NCBI GenBank assembly: GCA_040754655.1
Contig: JBFMCE010000086.1
Coordinates: 1-16,607, forward strand
Reading direction: 5' to 3'
Length of the DNA stretch: 16,607 nucleotides
Source: Bdellovibrionota bacterium
GTDB lineage: Bacteria > Bdellovibrionota > UBA1018 > UBA923
Of the stretch, positions 7,835 to 16,607 are shown one piece after another. Position 1 is the first letter of the stretch. Each line of letters opens with the position of its first letter. The notes beneath the pieces are model-generated. The model was given only the letters and a program-made list of their open reading frames with translations, was not told where the DNA came from and made no database searches. The position numbers and the translations under genes were made by a program.

Positions 7835-8698
7835 TTAAAACACGAGGTGCATTACGTTAAAAACAAGAAAGAGCAAAACCACCAAAACCCCAAATACAAA
7901 GGTAAGGAAGAGCAGCTCAGGAAAGAGCACACTCAACATCGAGCGGGTCGTAGTGGAACGGTACACTTCCTTAAGACCAATGACCGAAGCGGCAAAGGTG
8001 AGTATCCACGCGAGCACCATTCCTACACCTGGAATTACGCACAAAATCCAGGGTCCCGAAGCATAGGCGAGAGTTTTAAGGGTAGTGGCGTAGCTGTGCG
8101 GTCTATCAGAGTGTTCACGCATGAAAAAACGCACCGCGACATGCACAAGCAAAGCAATGATCGAAAGTTTGACCAAGGTCGTGAATGGTGTGAGAACGAC
8201 GGCTCCGGCGCCGAACAAGAATTCCGCCATGTTTTCTTTGAGTTGATCAAGACTGTGCACGGCCGCGGGATCGGTCTGGGTGACATCACTTGCGATACGC
8301 ACAAGGTCTTCGATTCTCCCTTGAACCAGGGTTCCGATGCTTGAAGTCCAAACAAAATTGAAGAATGCGGCTAGCCACTGCACCACGACCGCAAAGGTCA
8401 ATGCGCTTGAAAGCCCGGATGAACCGCTGAGCAACGCCGCATTGGACGAAAAAAAACGGCCAGGGTGAAAAACTACTAAACGAAGGTCATTGAAGAATTG
8501 CTGAAGCAAAGCGAATGCCGACCCAGGGCCAGACGGCACAAGTCGATTGGTGGCAACAGCCTTCTCGGCTTCACCAGTTGACGTGAAAGGCTTGCGAGAA
8601 GCTTGTCGCTCTTGGACCCGTCCACAATTGGGACATCGACCTCCCTCTAGTTCGGGATAGAGACCCAAATCAAGCAAGCATTGAATGCACTGAGACAA
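7835..8698 (-). CDS. YIP1-family membrane protein with N-terminal zinc ribbon
   Basis: CIQC...CPNC at the N-terminus; VVFHPGRFF (Yip1-like P..FF); about five hydrophobic segments; YATTLKTLAYASGP; GLKEVY. Confidence 0.8.
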   Translation of the reverse strand: MSQCIQCLLDLGLYPELEGGRCPNCGRVQERQASRKPFTSTGEAEKAVATNRLVPSGPGSAFALLQQFFNDLRLVVFHPGRFFSSNAALLSGSSGLSSALTFAVVVQWLAAFFNFVWTSSIGTLVQGRIEDLVRIASDVTQTDPAAVHSLDQLKENMAEFLFGAGAVVLTPFTTLVKLSIIALLVHVAVRFFMREHSDRPHSYATTLKTLAYASGPWILCVIPGVGMVLAWILTFAASVIGLKEVYRSTTTRSMLSVLFPELLFLTFVFGVLVVLLFLVFNVMHLVF

Positions 8699-8730
8699 AA
8701 ACTCTTCTCCTAAGTCCTGGCTCTACCCTA

Positions 8731-10209
8731 TCATTTCCGAGCAGGCGAGGGAACTTTCTGAAAACTTTCTGGTTTCGAGGGAATAGCCGAGCCACTTCCC
8801 CGCTCGAGCTTACCCAGTTCTCCGGTCGAGAGCTTGATGTAGTAATCACCCTTATCTCCCGTGCCGTAAATCACGAAAGTCCGCAGAAGTTTTCCCTCTT
8901 TATCGAAGAGCTTCCAAGACGACACTTCTGAGTTTCCGCCGGGGACGGGTTTCTTCCCCAGGAACTCCGCAACACGAGCGGCACCAATCCTTGTAAGAGC
9001 TTGATCCACCGAAGCTGGATCAAAGCCGTCTAATTTGCCCGAGGCAAGCTTCCAGGCATCCGCCTCATTTTGGAATTCAAACCGATCCTTAGAGTTCAAA
9101 GTGACCTGAACTTTCTTGATCAGGCTCTTTTCAGCCGTGGTGATCAGGTTGCGGAACCGGAAGGCTTCTTCTTTCTTCCCAAACTTTTCCGCATGCGTTC
9201 GATCAAGCTCGATCACAAAGTCTTTATCGCCTAACGTGGCATAAAGTTTGGGCTCCTTGTTTTCGAGAACCTCGTGCACATTCAAGGAATGAGCTCGGCC
9301 ATCAGCAAGTTTGACGTCCAATGAATACTTTGGATTTCCGGCAAGCCCAAATTTTGCGCCGTCTTTTCGCTTATTATCCGACACATACTCTTGAGCGTTC
9401 ATGAAGACCAAGCCGGTCACAAAAGTATCGACAGCTTCGTTGTCGGCCGGTTTGGTCGCTGACAAAAACCAGTTCCCGTCCTTTTCGCGGTTCAAGACCA
9501 CTCTTCCATTTTGATTCTTAAGAGCAAGAGCTCGAACCTCGCTAGCTGCGAACGGAAAGATTCTCTTGGCCCGCCAGTAACTCAAATCACGCTGAATGGT
9601 TGTCCTGACATGCCCCGGGATGATGAAAATATTATTTTGGCCTTTGGTCTCAGCCCCAGGGCGATCGAGATAGGCGTAGATATTATCGCCTACCGCGGCC
9701 GCGTCACCGAGATAGACCGTATAGGGCTCGGGATCTGACTTGAATTTCAGCGCGACTTTGCGCTGCTCACGAGACTCTTTTGACAACCCGTAGTCTTTTA
9801 ATTTCGTTTCAAGGTCGCCTTCAACCGGCAAGGTCTCTTGAATCGTCGCAGACGCGATGGTTGTCGCGAAAGTACCGACATTTCCCTCATCTGCTTTGAA
9901 TGCAATAGGTGAAGTGATCTGCCACTTCGCATTCGGATCGCTCAACTTGCAGCTTTCAGCGCACCTCATCTCGATATCGATGTTTTTTTCTTTATCGACG
10001 ATTTTCACGCTCTCAAGCTCTTGGTCTTCTTTCAAGGCAATGAGCTTTGTCTTCGCTTCAGACGCCTTTTCACGCTCGCCTTTTTTCTGGAACTCATACC
10101 AGTAGGCAAACCCACTCAGCGTGGCCAAAACCGCCGCTAAAACCAGGTTTGTCTTGAGACTGCCAGCTGATTTTGAGTTCACAGGGCTACCACCAGGCTG
10201 CACGTTCAC
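8731..10209 (-). CDS. DUF4340-domain extracytoplasmic protein
   Basis: N-terminal anchor; repeated units (WQITSPIAFKADEGNV...LKDYGL; WRAKRIFPF...WFLSATKPADNEAV...FGLAGNP; FRFRNLI...WKL). Typical position after gldG. GTG at 10209 forms a GTGA overlap with the upstream stop and has a GGAGG RBS. Confidence 0.85.
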   Translation of the reverse strand: MNVQPGGSPVNSKSAGSLKTNLVLAAVLATLSGFAYWYEFQKKGEREKASEAKTKLIALKEDQELESVKIVDKEKNIDIEMRCAESCKLSDPNAKWQITSPIAFKADEGNVGTFATTIASATIQETLPVEGDLETKLKDYGLSKESREQRKVALKFKSDPEPYTVYLGDAAAVGDNIYAYLDRPGAETKGQNNIFIIPGHVRTTIQRDLSYWRAKRIFPFAASEVRALALKNQNGRVVLNREKDGNWFLSATKPADNEAVDTFVTGLVFMNAQEYVSDNKRKDGAKFGLAGNPKYSLDVKLADGRAHSLNVHEVLENKEPKLYATLGDKDFVIELDRTHAEKFGKKEEAFRFRNLITTAEKSLIKKVQVTLNSKDRFEFQNEADAWKLASGKLDGFDPASVDQALTRIGAARVAEFLGKKPVPGGNSEVSSWKLFDKEGKLLRTFVIYGTGDKGDYYIKLSTGELGKLERGSGSAIPSKPESFQKVPSPARK

Positions 10210-11798
10210 AGTTTCCTCCGACGCAACCAAACGAACAAGCCCACGACCAACACGCCACCCGGCATCAAGATCATCGTGAGCAACTGCACGTAACGAGCTT
10301 CAGTCTGGGTCAACGTGGGAAGTTGGGTGTCTTCTTCCTTAGGGCGAATCGAAATCAAACTCTCATCGTCAGCCAGCCAACTGACCGCATTCAAAAAGAG
10401 GTCGGCATTGGCTCCGTGCCTTGCCCACTGGTTCGTCGCGAGTTGAGAAGTTCCCAGAGCGACGATTCTCGCGGAAGGTGCTTTAGACGCTTCCTTCTGC
10501 TCTTGTCCTTTGGCTGCCGGCGTTCCTTCAACCGCGACCATCAATGTATGCGGACCCGCCGAATCTTTGGCCGGGTCAAGCTTGACGGTTCCTGTGGCGA
10601 TTTCTTTGAAATCGCTTTTGGCGAAAGCCTGAGGGGTGCTTTTCACGAGCCACCATGTTTTCAAGGAAGCAGGTGCATTCGCTTTCACTTCAAGCGTCGA
10701 AGTCAGCGGAAAAAGGGTGGTGACCTGAAAATCGCGCGTTACCGGATGGTCTTTGGAATAAGCGCCCCCCAGAGGAACGCTTGCGCCTTGACCTAGCAGC
10801 CTGCTGGTTGGATCTAAAACCAGGTTATGCCTGAAGTCGATGTACCATTCTGAAAGCAATGCTTTGATTTCTTTATTGGCATCTGCCCTGCCCTTAAGAT
10901 CAGGATCGAGAGCGAACAATGCACGGCCACCTGCATTCAGCCAAGCGCGCAGAACCGTGATCTCTTTTTCGAAGAAGGCGCGATTCGGGCCCAAAGCTAG
11001 AAGCACGCTGCAATCTTCAGGAATCTTTCCTTGCTCAAGCAAATTGAAAGACTTTGATTCATAGTTCTGTGAACTGAGGTCAGTCTTCATTTGGCTGTAG
11101 GATTCGGCTTCCGCGGCCTCAAAGCTCTTCTCACCGTGACCTGTCATGAAACAAACGGTCACGGGTTTGTCTTTGAGCACTTTGATAATGGCGTTGGTCA
11201 GCTTTTCCTCGGTTACTTCCTCGATCCGAGTGTCTCGCGTTCCCGACGATACGATGATCGTGCCATACTTCTTGATGTTAGCCGTCTTTGCTTTTGCCGG
11301 ATCGCGATCAGGGTCTACGTATTCAATCGAGATCTTCTTCGTATGATAGAGATAGTTGTCGACCACGCCTTTGATCGCGTCGCGATCAGCGGTTTTCGCG
11401 TAAGCGACAAGCTTAATGTCTTGCTTGATGTCTTTGATGATCTTGATCGTCTGTTCGCTCAAGCTATGCGTTTTCGATTTGGTGAAGTCTTTACGATAAT
11501 AATGCTTGAAGTTCAAAAAATTCACGACGATCAAAATCGCAGCCACCAAGCCTATCGTGATCGCTGCGTTCGTTCCGTAACGAACCGAGCGGCTCTGAAG
11601 CGCTTCCTTCAACGCCTTCTGATTCAACCAGGCTTGCAAACCCAGCAGCACGACCAAAACCGCCGAAAAAGCATACGTCGCCGTGGGCACGTCGGGATAG
11701 ACCCATGCCACGAAAAGCAGAGCCAAGGCCACGCCAGCCGTCACAAATGCAAGGATTGTCTTGCGCACATCGCGTTTGCGATCGTTCATCTTCGCCAC
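10206..11798 (-). CDS. GldG-family ABC transporter auxiliary component
   Basis: DFTKSKTHSLSEQTIKII, EYVDPDRDP, EEKLTNAIIKV, VCFMTGHGEK, NADLFLNAVSWL, C-terminal TM ending WLRRRK. GTG at 11798 is 8 nt from GGAGG; alternatives are 11813, 11804 and 11789. Confidence 0.9.
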   Translation of the reverse strand: MAKMNDRKRDVRKTILAFVTAGVALALLFVAWVYPDVPTATYAFSAVLVVLLGLQAWLNQKALKEALQSRSVRYGTNAAITIGLVAAILIVVNFLNFKHYYRKDFTKSKTHSLSEQTIKIIKDIKQDIKLVAYAKTADRDAIKGVVDNYLYHTKKISIEYVDPDRDPAKAKTANIKKYGTIIVSSGTRDTRIEEVTEEKLTNAIIKVLKDKPVTVCFMTGHGEKSFEAAEAESYSQMKTDLSSQNYESKSFNLLEQGKIPEDCSVLLALGPNRAFFEKEITVLRAWLNAGGRALFALDPDLKGRADANKEIKALLSEWYIDFRHNLVLDPTSRLLGQGASVPLGGAYSKDHPVTRDFQVTTLFPLTSTLEVKANAPASLKTWWLVKSTPQAFAKSDFKEIATGTVKLDPAKDSAGPHTLMVAVEGTPAAKGQEQKEASKAPSARIVALGTSQLATNQWARHGANADLFLNAVSWLADDESLISIRPKEEDTQLPTLTQTEARYVQLLTMILMPGGVLVVGLFVWLRRRKL

Positions 11799-11800
11799 GG

Positions 11801-12577
11801 TCACGACCTCCAACTATAAGATTCAAGCGCCTTGTAAGTGAGAAAAAGCCACAGTCCGATAGCAGAAAGGTAAAACACGAGGTCTTTCGTATTAAACACG
11901 CCACGAGAAAAATCTTCAAAATGATCTACTATCGAAAGGTAGCTCAGAAGATCAGCCACGACCGGGCTCGCATTCATCGAAGCCCATTTGATGATCCAGA
12001 AGAAAAGAATGATCCCGAAGGTCATGCCTCCCGCTACGATCTGGTTTTCAGTGAGCGATGAGCACCAGGTGCCAACCGCGATGTAGGTGCCGATCATGCA
12101 GATCGTGCCAAGGTAACAGGTCGCGATGACTGCCCAGTCTGGCGATGCAGCTAGCGACAGAGCAAAAGGGAATGGAAGCGTCAACGCGAGCAAAACCAGC
12201 ACGAAGGCAAACGCTGAAAGATACTTGCCAAGGATGATCTCACCCCATCGCACTGGCGCAGTAAACAAGAGCTCTAGAGTATTGTTCTTTCTTTCCTCGG
12301 CGAAAAGTCGCATCGTGATGAAAGGCACGAGAAAAAGAAGAACCACATTGAGGTTTCCATAGAGCGGGCGAATCAGGTGGTCGTTCAAATTGGGCCCTTT
12401 GCCGAACTTGAATTGCTCAAACCTTATCGCATTCGTGAGATACGCGCTTAGGATTGAAAAAAACATGTAACCCATGATGAACGAGAAAACCGCCATCAAG
12501 ACATATGCCACCGGGGAGCTGAAATAACCTCGAAAATCTTTCTTCGCGATCGTCATCGTATTTGCGATTCTGCTCAT
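11801..12577 (-). CDS. ABC-2 type permease, GldF-like
   Basis: IAKKDFRGYFSSPVAYV, PFITMRLFAEERKNNTLELLFTAPV..GEIILGKYL, SSLTENQIVA, HFEDFSRGVF. ATGA overlap with the upstream ATPase. Confidence 0.92.
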   Translation of the reverse strand: MSRIANTMTIAKKDFRGYFSSPVAYVLMAVFSFIMGYMFFSILSAYLTNAIRFEQFKFGKGPNLNDHLIRPLYGNLNVVLLFLVPFITMRLFAEERKNNTLELLFTAPVRWGEIILGKYLSAFAFVLVLLALTLPFPFALSLAASPDWAVIATCYLGTICMIGTYIAVGTWCSSLTENQIVAGGMTFGIILFFWIIKWASMNASPVVADLLSYLSIVDHFEDFSRGVFNTKDLVFYLSAIGLWLFLTYKALESYSWRS

Positions 12578-13530
12578 GCGGCACCTCCTGCGGCGGGTTC
12601 AACTGTCGTAAGCTTCACGAACACTTCCTCAAGAGAAAGAGCCTCGCGCTTCAATTCAAGCAAGCCCGCTCCGCTTTGAACGATGACCTCCGCGACTTGC
12701 CTACGGATATCGGTTTCTCCGTTTCCAGTGACGATCAGGCGAGATCCCTCATTTGAGCCTGCCGAATCCTCGGTAACCGAAACAACTCCGGGAACAGCCT
12801 TAAGTTTTGAGAGCACGGCTGCGGCGCTAGACTGAACCGTCACAGAAAGTACATTGCCTTGCCTCAAGCGCGCTGAAATCGCATCAAGAGTGTCAATAGC
12901 CACGATTTTTCCTTCATTGATGATCAGAACCCGGGAACAGGTCGCTTGAACTTCAGGCAAAATGTGCGTGCTCAGAATAACGGTATGATCACCGCTCAAG
13001 CTCTTGATAAGATCACGGATCTCGATGATCTGCCGAGGATCAAGGCCCACGGTGGGCTCATCGAGAATCAGGACTTCTGGATTGTGGACAATCGCCTGCG
13101 CTAGCCCCACTCTTTGGCGATAGCCTTTTGAGAGGTTTCCGATAATACGATGCCTGACTGCACCCAGACCACACCTCTCAACCGCACTTGTAACCGCTGC
13201 CTTGGCTTTCTGGCCTTTGATCCCGTGCAATGCCGCTTTGTAGGTGAGGTAGTCTGAAACCACCATCTCCTTGTAGACTGGCGGAGTCTCTGGCAAATAA
13301 CCCACGCGGCGCTTCACCTCGAGGGGTTGATCAAAAACATCATACCCCGCAACCTTAGCGACGCCGCTTGTAGCCGGCATGAAACAGGTCAAGACTTTCA
13401 TGGTCGTGGTCTTACCCGCGCCGTTGGGCCCTAGAAACCCAAGAATCTCACCTTTGTTTACAGTAAACGTAAGATCATCGACTGCCTTGCGCTGCCCGTA
13501 AAATTTCGAGAGGCGTTGGACTTCAATCAT
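12574..13530 (-). CDS. ABC transporter ATP-binding protein, GldA-like
   Basis: Walker A GPNGAGKTT, signature LSKGYRQRVG, Walker B LILDEPTVGLDP, H-loop STHILPEV. GAGGGAG RBS. Confidence 0.95.
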   Translation of the reverse strand: MIEVQRLSKFYGQRKAVDDLTFTVNKGEILGFLGPNGAGKTTTMKVLTCFMPATSGVAKVAGYDVFDQPLEVKRRVGYLPETPPVYKEMVVSDYLTYKAALHGIKGQKAKAAVTSAVERCGLGAVRHRIIGNLSKGYRQRVGLAQAIVHNPEVLILDEPTVGLDPRQIIEIRDLIKSLSGDHTVILSTHILPEVQATCSRVLIINEGKIVAIDTLDAISARLRQGNVLSVTVQSSAAAVLSKLKAVPGVVSVTEDSAGSNEGSRLIVTGNGETDIRRQVAEVIVQSGAGLLELKREALSLEEVFVKLTTVEPAAGGAA

Positions 13531-13559
13531 CTGAACTCCCTCTGTAGTATTTACTTTTT

Positions 13560-13587
13560 AAAATAGGCAGACCACGGCCAAAGTCAA
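13560..13587 (-). promoter_or_regulatory. Candidate sigma70-type promoter for the ABC operon
   Basis: On the - strand: TTGACT (13587-13582) - 16 nt - TATTTT (13565-13560), about 30 nt upstream of the ATPase ATG. Confidence 0.45.
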
Positions 13588-13668
13588 GTGCCGAAACAGA
13601 GCAGTGGCGGGAAGAGCTCTATGAGAGCCCTGGAAAAATTTTCCTAAAATTAAGAGAAAACCGCGCCG

Positions 13669-14229
13669 TCAGGAAACTAAGTGTTTTACCAACAAGATCT
13701 CGCAACCATTAGCCTGCCCTGAAGGCTCGTTTGAATGCGCAAGCTCTTCATATCCCATCGATTTGTAGAATCTCTGGTTAGCGGCGTCAGATTCACTCAC
13801 AAACAAAAAAACCCGTGATTTTTTCTCGGAAATGACCCGCTCCGCAGCGTTTAACAAATACTTTCCGATGCTTTTATGCCTAGATTTTGTTTCGATGGCA
13901 TGAATAAACCCGCCCTCCTCAAGCTGAGGAGGGGTTTGACCTTTCAGCTTTTGGGCAATCAAACTCTCAGCGCTTTCAACTGAGAAGACAATCAAACCCT
14001 GCTCGTTTTCAAAGCCCGGCGTCTTTGCGCCTTTGGCATCAGATGCCGCGAAAAATTCACACTTTGCTTGCGGTGCGGTCCAGCATTCGACGATCGAATC
14101 CGCGGTTGTTCCCAAAGACTTCCATGATTCAAGCGTAATGAGATAATCTGCCCACGACTTAAGCCCAGTAGTGTCTTTGATCTTGTGCAAGACCATCCCC
14201 ACCGATGCCATCGTTTTCTTTTTCTTCAT
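13669..14229 (-). CDS. GNAT-family N-acetyltransferase
   Basis: FIHAIETKSRHKSIGKYLLNAAE (motif A-like), VFLFVSESDAANQRFYKSMGY (motif B). ATGA overlap with the DHH gene stop. Confidence 0.8.
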   Translation of the reverse strand: MKKKKTMASVGMVLHKIKDTTGLKSWADYLITLESWKSLGTTADSIVECWTAPQAKCEFFAASDAKGAKTPGFENEQGLIVFSVESAESLIAQKLKGQTPPQLEEGGFIHAIETKSRHKSIGKYLLNAAERVISEKKSRVFLFVSESDAANQRFYKSMGYEELAHSNEPSGQANGCEILLVKHLVS

Positions 14230-15275
14230 TTTGAGAGCCTTTCTAAAAGTTTGTCTCGTATCTGGGATATCTTGCCTGAAACCGTAAAGCCCGCCGCGAA
14301 CTCGTGACCGCCCCCGCCGAATTCTTGCGCGATATGGTTCACCCGAATCGTGCCCTTTGACTTGATGCTCGCCTTAATGCGGCCATCGTCTTCCTCACGG
14401 AATAAAATCAGCACTTCCGCCTGTTTGAGCAGCAAGAGAAAATTCACGATCGACTGCGTGTCATCGCTGCTGGCTCCGTATTTTTTTCTGACGTCACGCG
14501 TGATCTCGACCCACGCGATTGTTCCGCCATGAGTCTTGTTCTCAACCTCATTCACTTTGCTCAAAACCTCACCGATTAAACGCAAGTGGTTTACCGACTT
14601 GGTTGAATAAACGTTTTGATAAATCTCTTCAGGCTGCAAGCCGTAGTCGATCAAATCAGCTGCGATCCGGTGGGAGAGCGCCGTGGTTCGGGCGTAACGA
14701 AAAGAGTTCGTATCGGTGATGATCGAGACATAGAGCCCAAGCGCGATCTCAGGTGTGAGGCGAAATGAAGAAGAATGGGGGTCAAGCAGGTCATGCGCTT
14801 GATGAAAGAGCCTGTACAGCAACTCGCCAATCGAAGATGATTTCACGTCGAGTATCGTGTGCACCTTGAGGTTTTTAGTCGCAGCCGACAGAGCCTCAGG
14901 TGAGTGTTCCAGGTTGGGATGGTGGTCGAAGAACAAGATGTCACGCGCATGGGTTTCAAAGATCTTCCAAAGCGCGCCCAACCGTTTCGGGTCATTGGTG
15001 TCTACGACCACGGCAAGGTCAAAAGCGCCTAACTTTTGGTTTGCGGAAGCCGGACCAACCACCTCGATCACGTTTCCCTTGTCTAAGAAGTGATACCTCT
15101 CAGGCACCGGGTCGGGGTTCAGGATGCGGACTTTTTTGCCTAGCCTTGTGAGATAGTGGTACAGGGCGATTTCCGCGCCCAGGCCGTCGCCATCCGGCAT
15201 GACGTGGGTCGAAATCACGATCGATTGGCTGGCCGAGAGCAGCCTGCTGGCCTCAACAAGGGTCTTATCCATCAC
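14226..15275 (-). CDS. nrnA: DHH/DHHA1 phosphoesterase (NrnA-type oligoribonuclease / pAp phosphatase)
   Basis: STHVMPDGDGLG, VVDT, FFDHH, IITDTNSF, DHHA1 motif GGGGHEFAAG. Confidence 0.9.
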   Translation of the reverse strand: MMDKTLVEASRLLSASQSIVISTHVMPDGDGLGAEIALYHYLTRLGKKVRILNPDPVPERYHFLDKGNVIEVVGPASANQKLGAFDLAVVVDTNDPKRLGALWKIFETHARDILFFDHHPNLEHSPEALSAATKNLKVHTILDVKSSSIGELLYRLFHQAHDLLDPHSSSFRLTPEIALGLYVSIITDTNSFRYARTTALSHRIAADLIDYGLQPEEIYQNVYSTKSVNHLRLIGEVLSKVNEVENKTHGGTIAWVEITRDVRKKYGASSDDTQSIVNFLLLLKQAEVLILFREEDDGRIKASIKSKGTIRVNHIAQEFGGGGHEFAAGFTVSGKISQIRDKLLERLSK

Positions 15276-15315
15276 CTTTGCTCGAAATAAGTTTCGTTTT
15301 GATTGTCTTCTTTTT

Positions 15316-15348
15316 TCCTTATCGGAATTTTAAAAAAATCCGAAAGGA
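15316..15348. promoter_or_regulatory. Imperfect palindrome in the divergent promoter region
   Basis: TCGGAATTTT-AA-AAAAATCCGA (15322-15343, 9 of 10 bp paired), extendable by TCCTT/AAGGA with one bulged base. Lies between the divergent nrnA and hypothetical genes. Confidence 0.4.
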
Positions 15349-15368
15349 TTATTGGAGGCTCTGCAAGC

Positions 15369-15695
15369 ATGTCTGGGTCAAAAGGCGATATCAAGATAGA
15401 CGCTCTTTATACGATCTTCGAGAAACACCTCTATGACTTTGAAGACACCGAGGAATCTGAAGTCGCGTTCATCGACAAGATCGTGAACGACTACCTTGCG
15501 TTCCTGACCTCAAAGAACGTGGTCGTACCCCGCCGCTGGCAAACCCAGATCATCGACGAATTGCGCGATCAGGTGAGGAAAATGATGGTCAAAAAAATGT
15601 ATGGCTGCCTCTCGATCAGCGAGTTCGTGCATGGCCAAGCCGATCGCGGCAAGAAACAAAAAACCGCGAAAAAGAAATATTCGAAGTTATTCTGA
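15369..15695 (+). CDS. Small hypothetical protein (helical, basic C-terminal tail)
   Basis: ATG at 15369 preceded by GGAGG; 108 aa with natural composition; fills the gap between two - strand genes. The ORF-track start at 15303 is probably too long. Confidence 0.8.
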   Translation: MSGSKGDIKIDALYTIFEKHLYDFEDTEESEVAFIDKIVNDYLAFLTSKNVVVPRRWQTQIIDELRDQVRKMMVKKMYGCLSISEFVHGQADRGKKQKTAKKKYSKLF

Positions 15696-16607
15696 ACCTT
15701 CGAAGTTCTTCGCCGCCAGAGCCCTGTCACACGCAGCTGTCGAAGGCAAACTTTGAACCTCTGACTTATTGAAGGCCTTCTCGAGCGACCTTACGAGAGG
15801 CGTCAGCCAGTTTTTCTCACTTAAGATTTCATTTTGAGTTTTTTTCTCAGTGGCAAAATCGATCACAAGCTCAAGAGGTTTTTGGGATTCATCCAAGCTG
15901 GTTTTGACCAAGACTTTAAGTTGATTCAAGGAATTTGAGAAACCGTTTTCTCTCGAGATACCCGTGTGCCGCATCTCGATTGAGATCGGGACTTTTCCGT
16001 CGGGGAACGCCTTGCTGATTTTTTCAGTCCCTCGCACCGATAAAAGCTTGCTGCCCGCTTCTTTCAGAAAGGCTCGGGTCACCGAAATCACGTCGTTCTC
16101 GATAGGGCCCCAATCCAAGAAAGCGTCATAAGAAACCCCCGGCTTGCCGACCGATTTTGGCTCTAAAAGCTCTTCTAGATTCAGAGTCGGGTCGTTAATG
16201 CCTAATGTCGCAACGGCGTAACGAAGCTTTTGTTTGGCGGAGACGAGTGCCAAGAGGTTCTCATGCATCCAACGGTATCTGACCAAGGGAGCACGGTTTA
16301 AGAGGTTGCGTGACGAGGGTAAATCATCAGCAATGCTTTGCACTACCTTCTGTCGTTCAGGCTCTGCTTCAAGTCGATCTGCTACTTCCGAGACCGCTAT
16401 TTTAAATCTCCTGATTTCGGCCGCCACATCTTCTGGTGTATGAAGAACCAAGAAATCGCGGACCTTGGTCTCTAACAAGTTTTTAAGCCACTGCTCTCTT
16501 CCCTTTTTGGGAACCATAAAACCGCGGCGTTTCAGTTCGTCAAAAAAAGCCTCTGTGATTTTTTTTGTCGAAAGCCTTTCTGACCACTTCGCATATTTAC
16601 TTTCCGG
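15687..16607 (-). CDS. Hypothetical protein, 5' partial
   Basis: The frame stays open from ATG 16517 to the window edge (PESKYAKWSERLSTKKITEAFFDELKRRGF-MVPK), so the true start is probably outside the window. No family recognised. Confidence 0.7.
   Translation of the reverse strand, partial: PESKYAKWSERLSTKKITEAFFDELKRRGFMVPKKGREQWLKNLLETKVRDFLVLHTPEDVAAEIRRFKIAVSEVADRLEAEPERQKVVQSIADDLPSSRNLLNRAPLVRYRWMHENLLALVSAKQKLRYAVATLGINDPTLNLEELLEPKSVGKPGVSYDAFLDWGPIENDVISVTRAFLKEAGSKLLSVRGTEKISKAFPDGKVPISIEMRHTGISRENGFSNSLNQLKVLVKTSLDESQKPLELVIDFATEKKTQNEILSEKNWLTPLVRSLEKAFNKSEVQSLPSTAACDRALAAKNFEGSE

Noticed and set aside
7847..8344. 165-aa + strand ORF
   Set aside because: Antisense to the YIP1 gene; its charged composition mirrors hydrophobic codons on the other strand.
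10173..10796. 207-aa + strand ORF
   Set aside because: Antisense shadow of the gldG/DUF4340 junction.
11091..11819. 242-aa + strand ORF
   Set aside because: Lies almost entirely antisense to the well-supported gldG-like gene and has no motifs; shadow ORF.
10206..13530. Calling the ABC system a gliding motility apparatus (gldA/F/G)
   Set aside because: The family is widespread in non-gliding bacteria and no other gld/spr genes are present, so gene symbols were withheld.
13614..13644. Short inverted repeats (GAGCTCT/AGAGCCC and GGAAAA/TTTTCC) downstream of the GNAT gene
   Set aside because: Weak or mismatched stems with no convincing U-tract; not enough to call a terminator.
15680..15707. 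TTCGAAGTT direct repeat at the convergent gene ends
   Set aside because: Only two 9-bp copies inside coding sequence; consistent with chance.
1..16607. CRISPR arrays, tRNA/rRNA, transposases, phage or defence genes
   Set aside because: No periodic repeats or such motifs seen by eye; intergenic gaps are all under 140 bp.

Overview
Gene-dense, roughly 50% GC bacterial chromosomal window. Gene content suggests Bdellovibrionota or a related deltaproteobacterial-type lineage (inference only). Almost all genes lie on the - strand. In transcription order they are: a partial unknown ORF, DHH/NrnA phosphoesterase, GNAT, a GldA/GldF/GldG-like ABC system with a DUF4340 protein, a zinc-ribbon YIP1 protein, a compact neprilysin (M13)-like membrane zinc peptidase, then a tightly coupled run tdk - atypical upp - hpt - GHMP kinase - DUF429 (RNase H-like) - oppB - oppC, and a small secreted Cys-containing protein. 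The + strand carries only a partial MaoC dehydratase and a small hypothetical protein. I saw no RNA genes, CRISPR arrays or mobile elements. The most interesting signals are (i) a salvage operon joining three nucleobase/nucleoside salvage enzymes to an orphan sugar kinase, a putative nuclease and orphan peptide permeases, (ii) a 404-aa peptidase that keeps eukaryote-type neprilysin cysteine motifs at both ends, and (iii) a UPRTase with altered active-site motifs.
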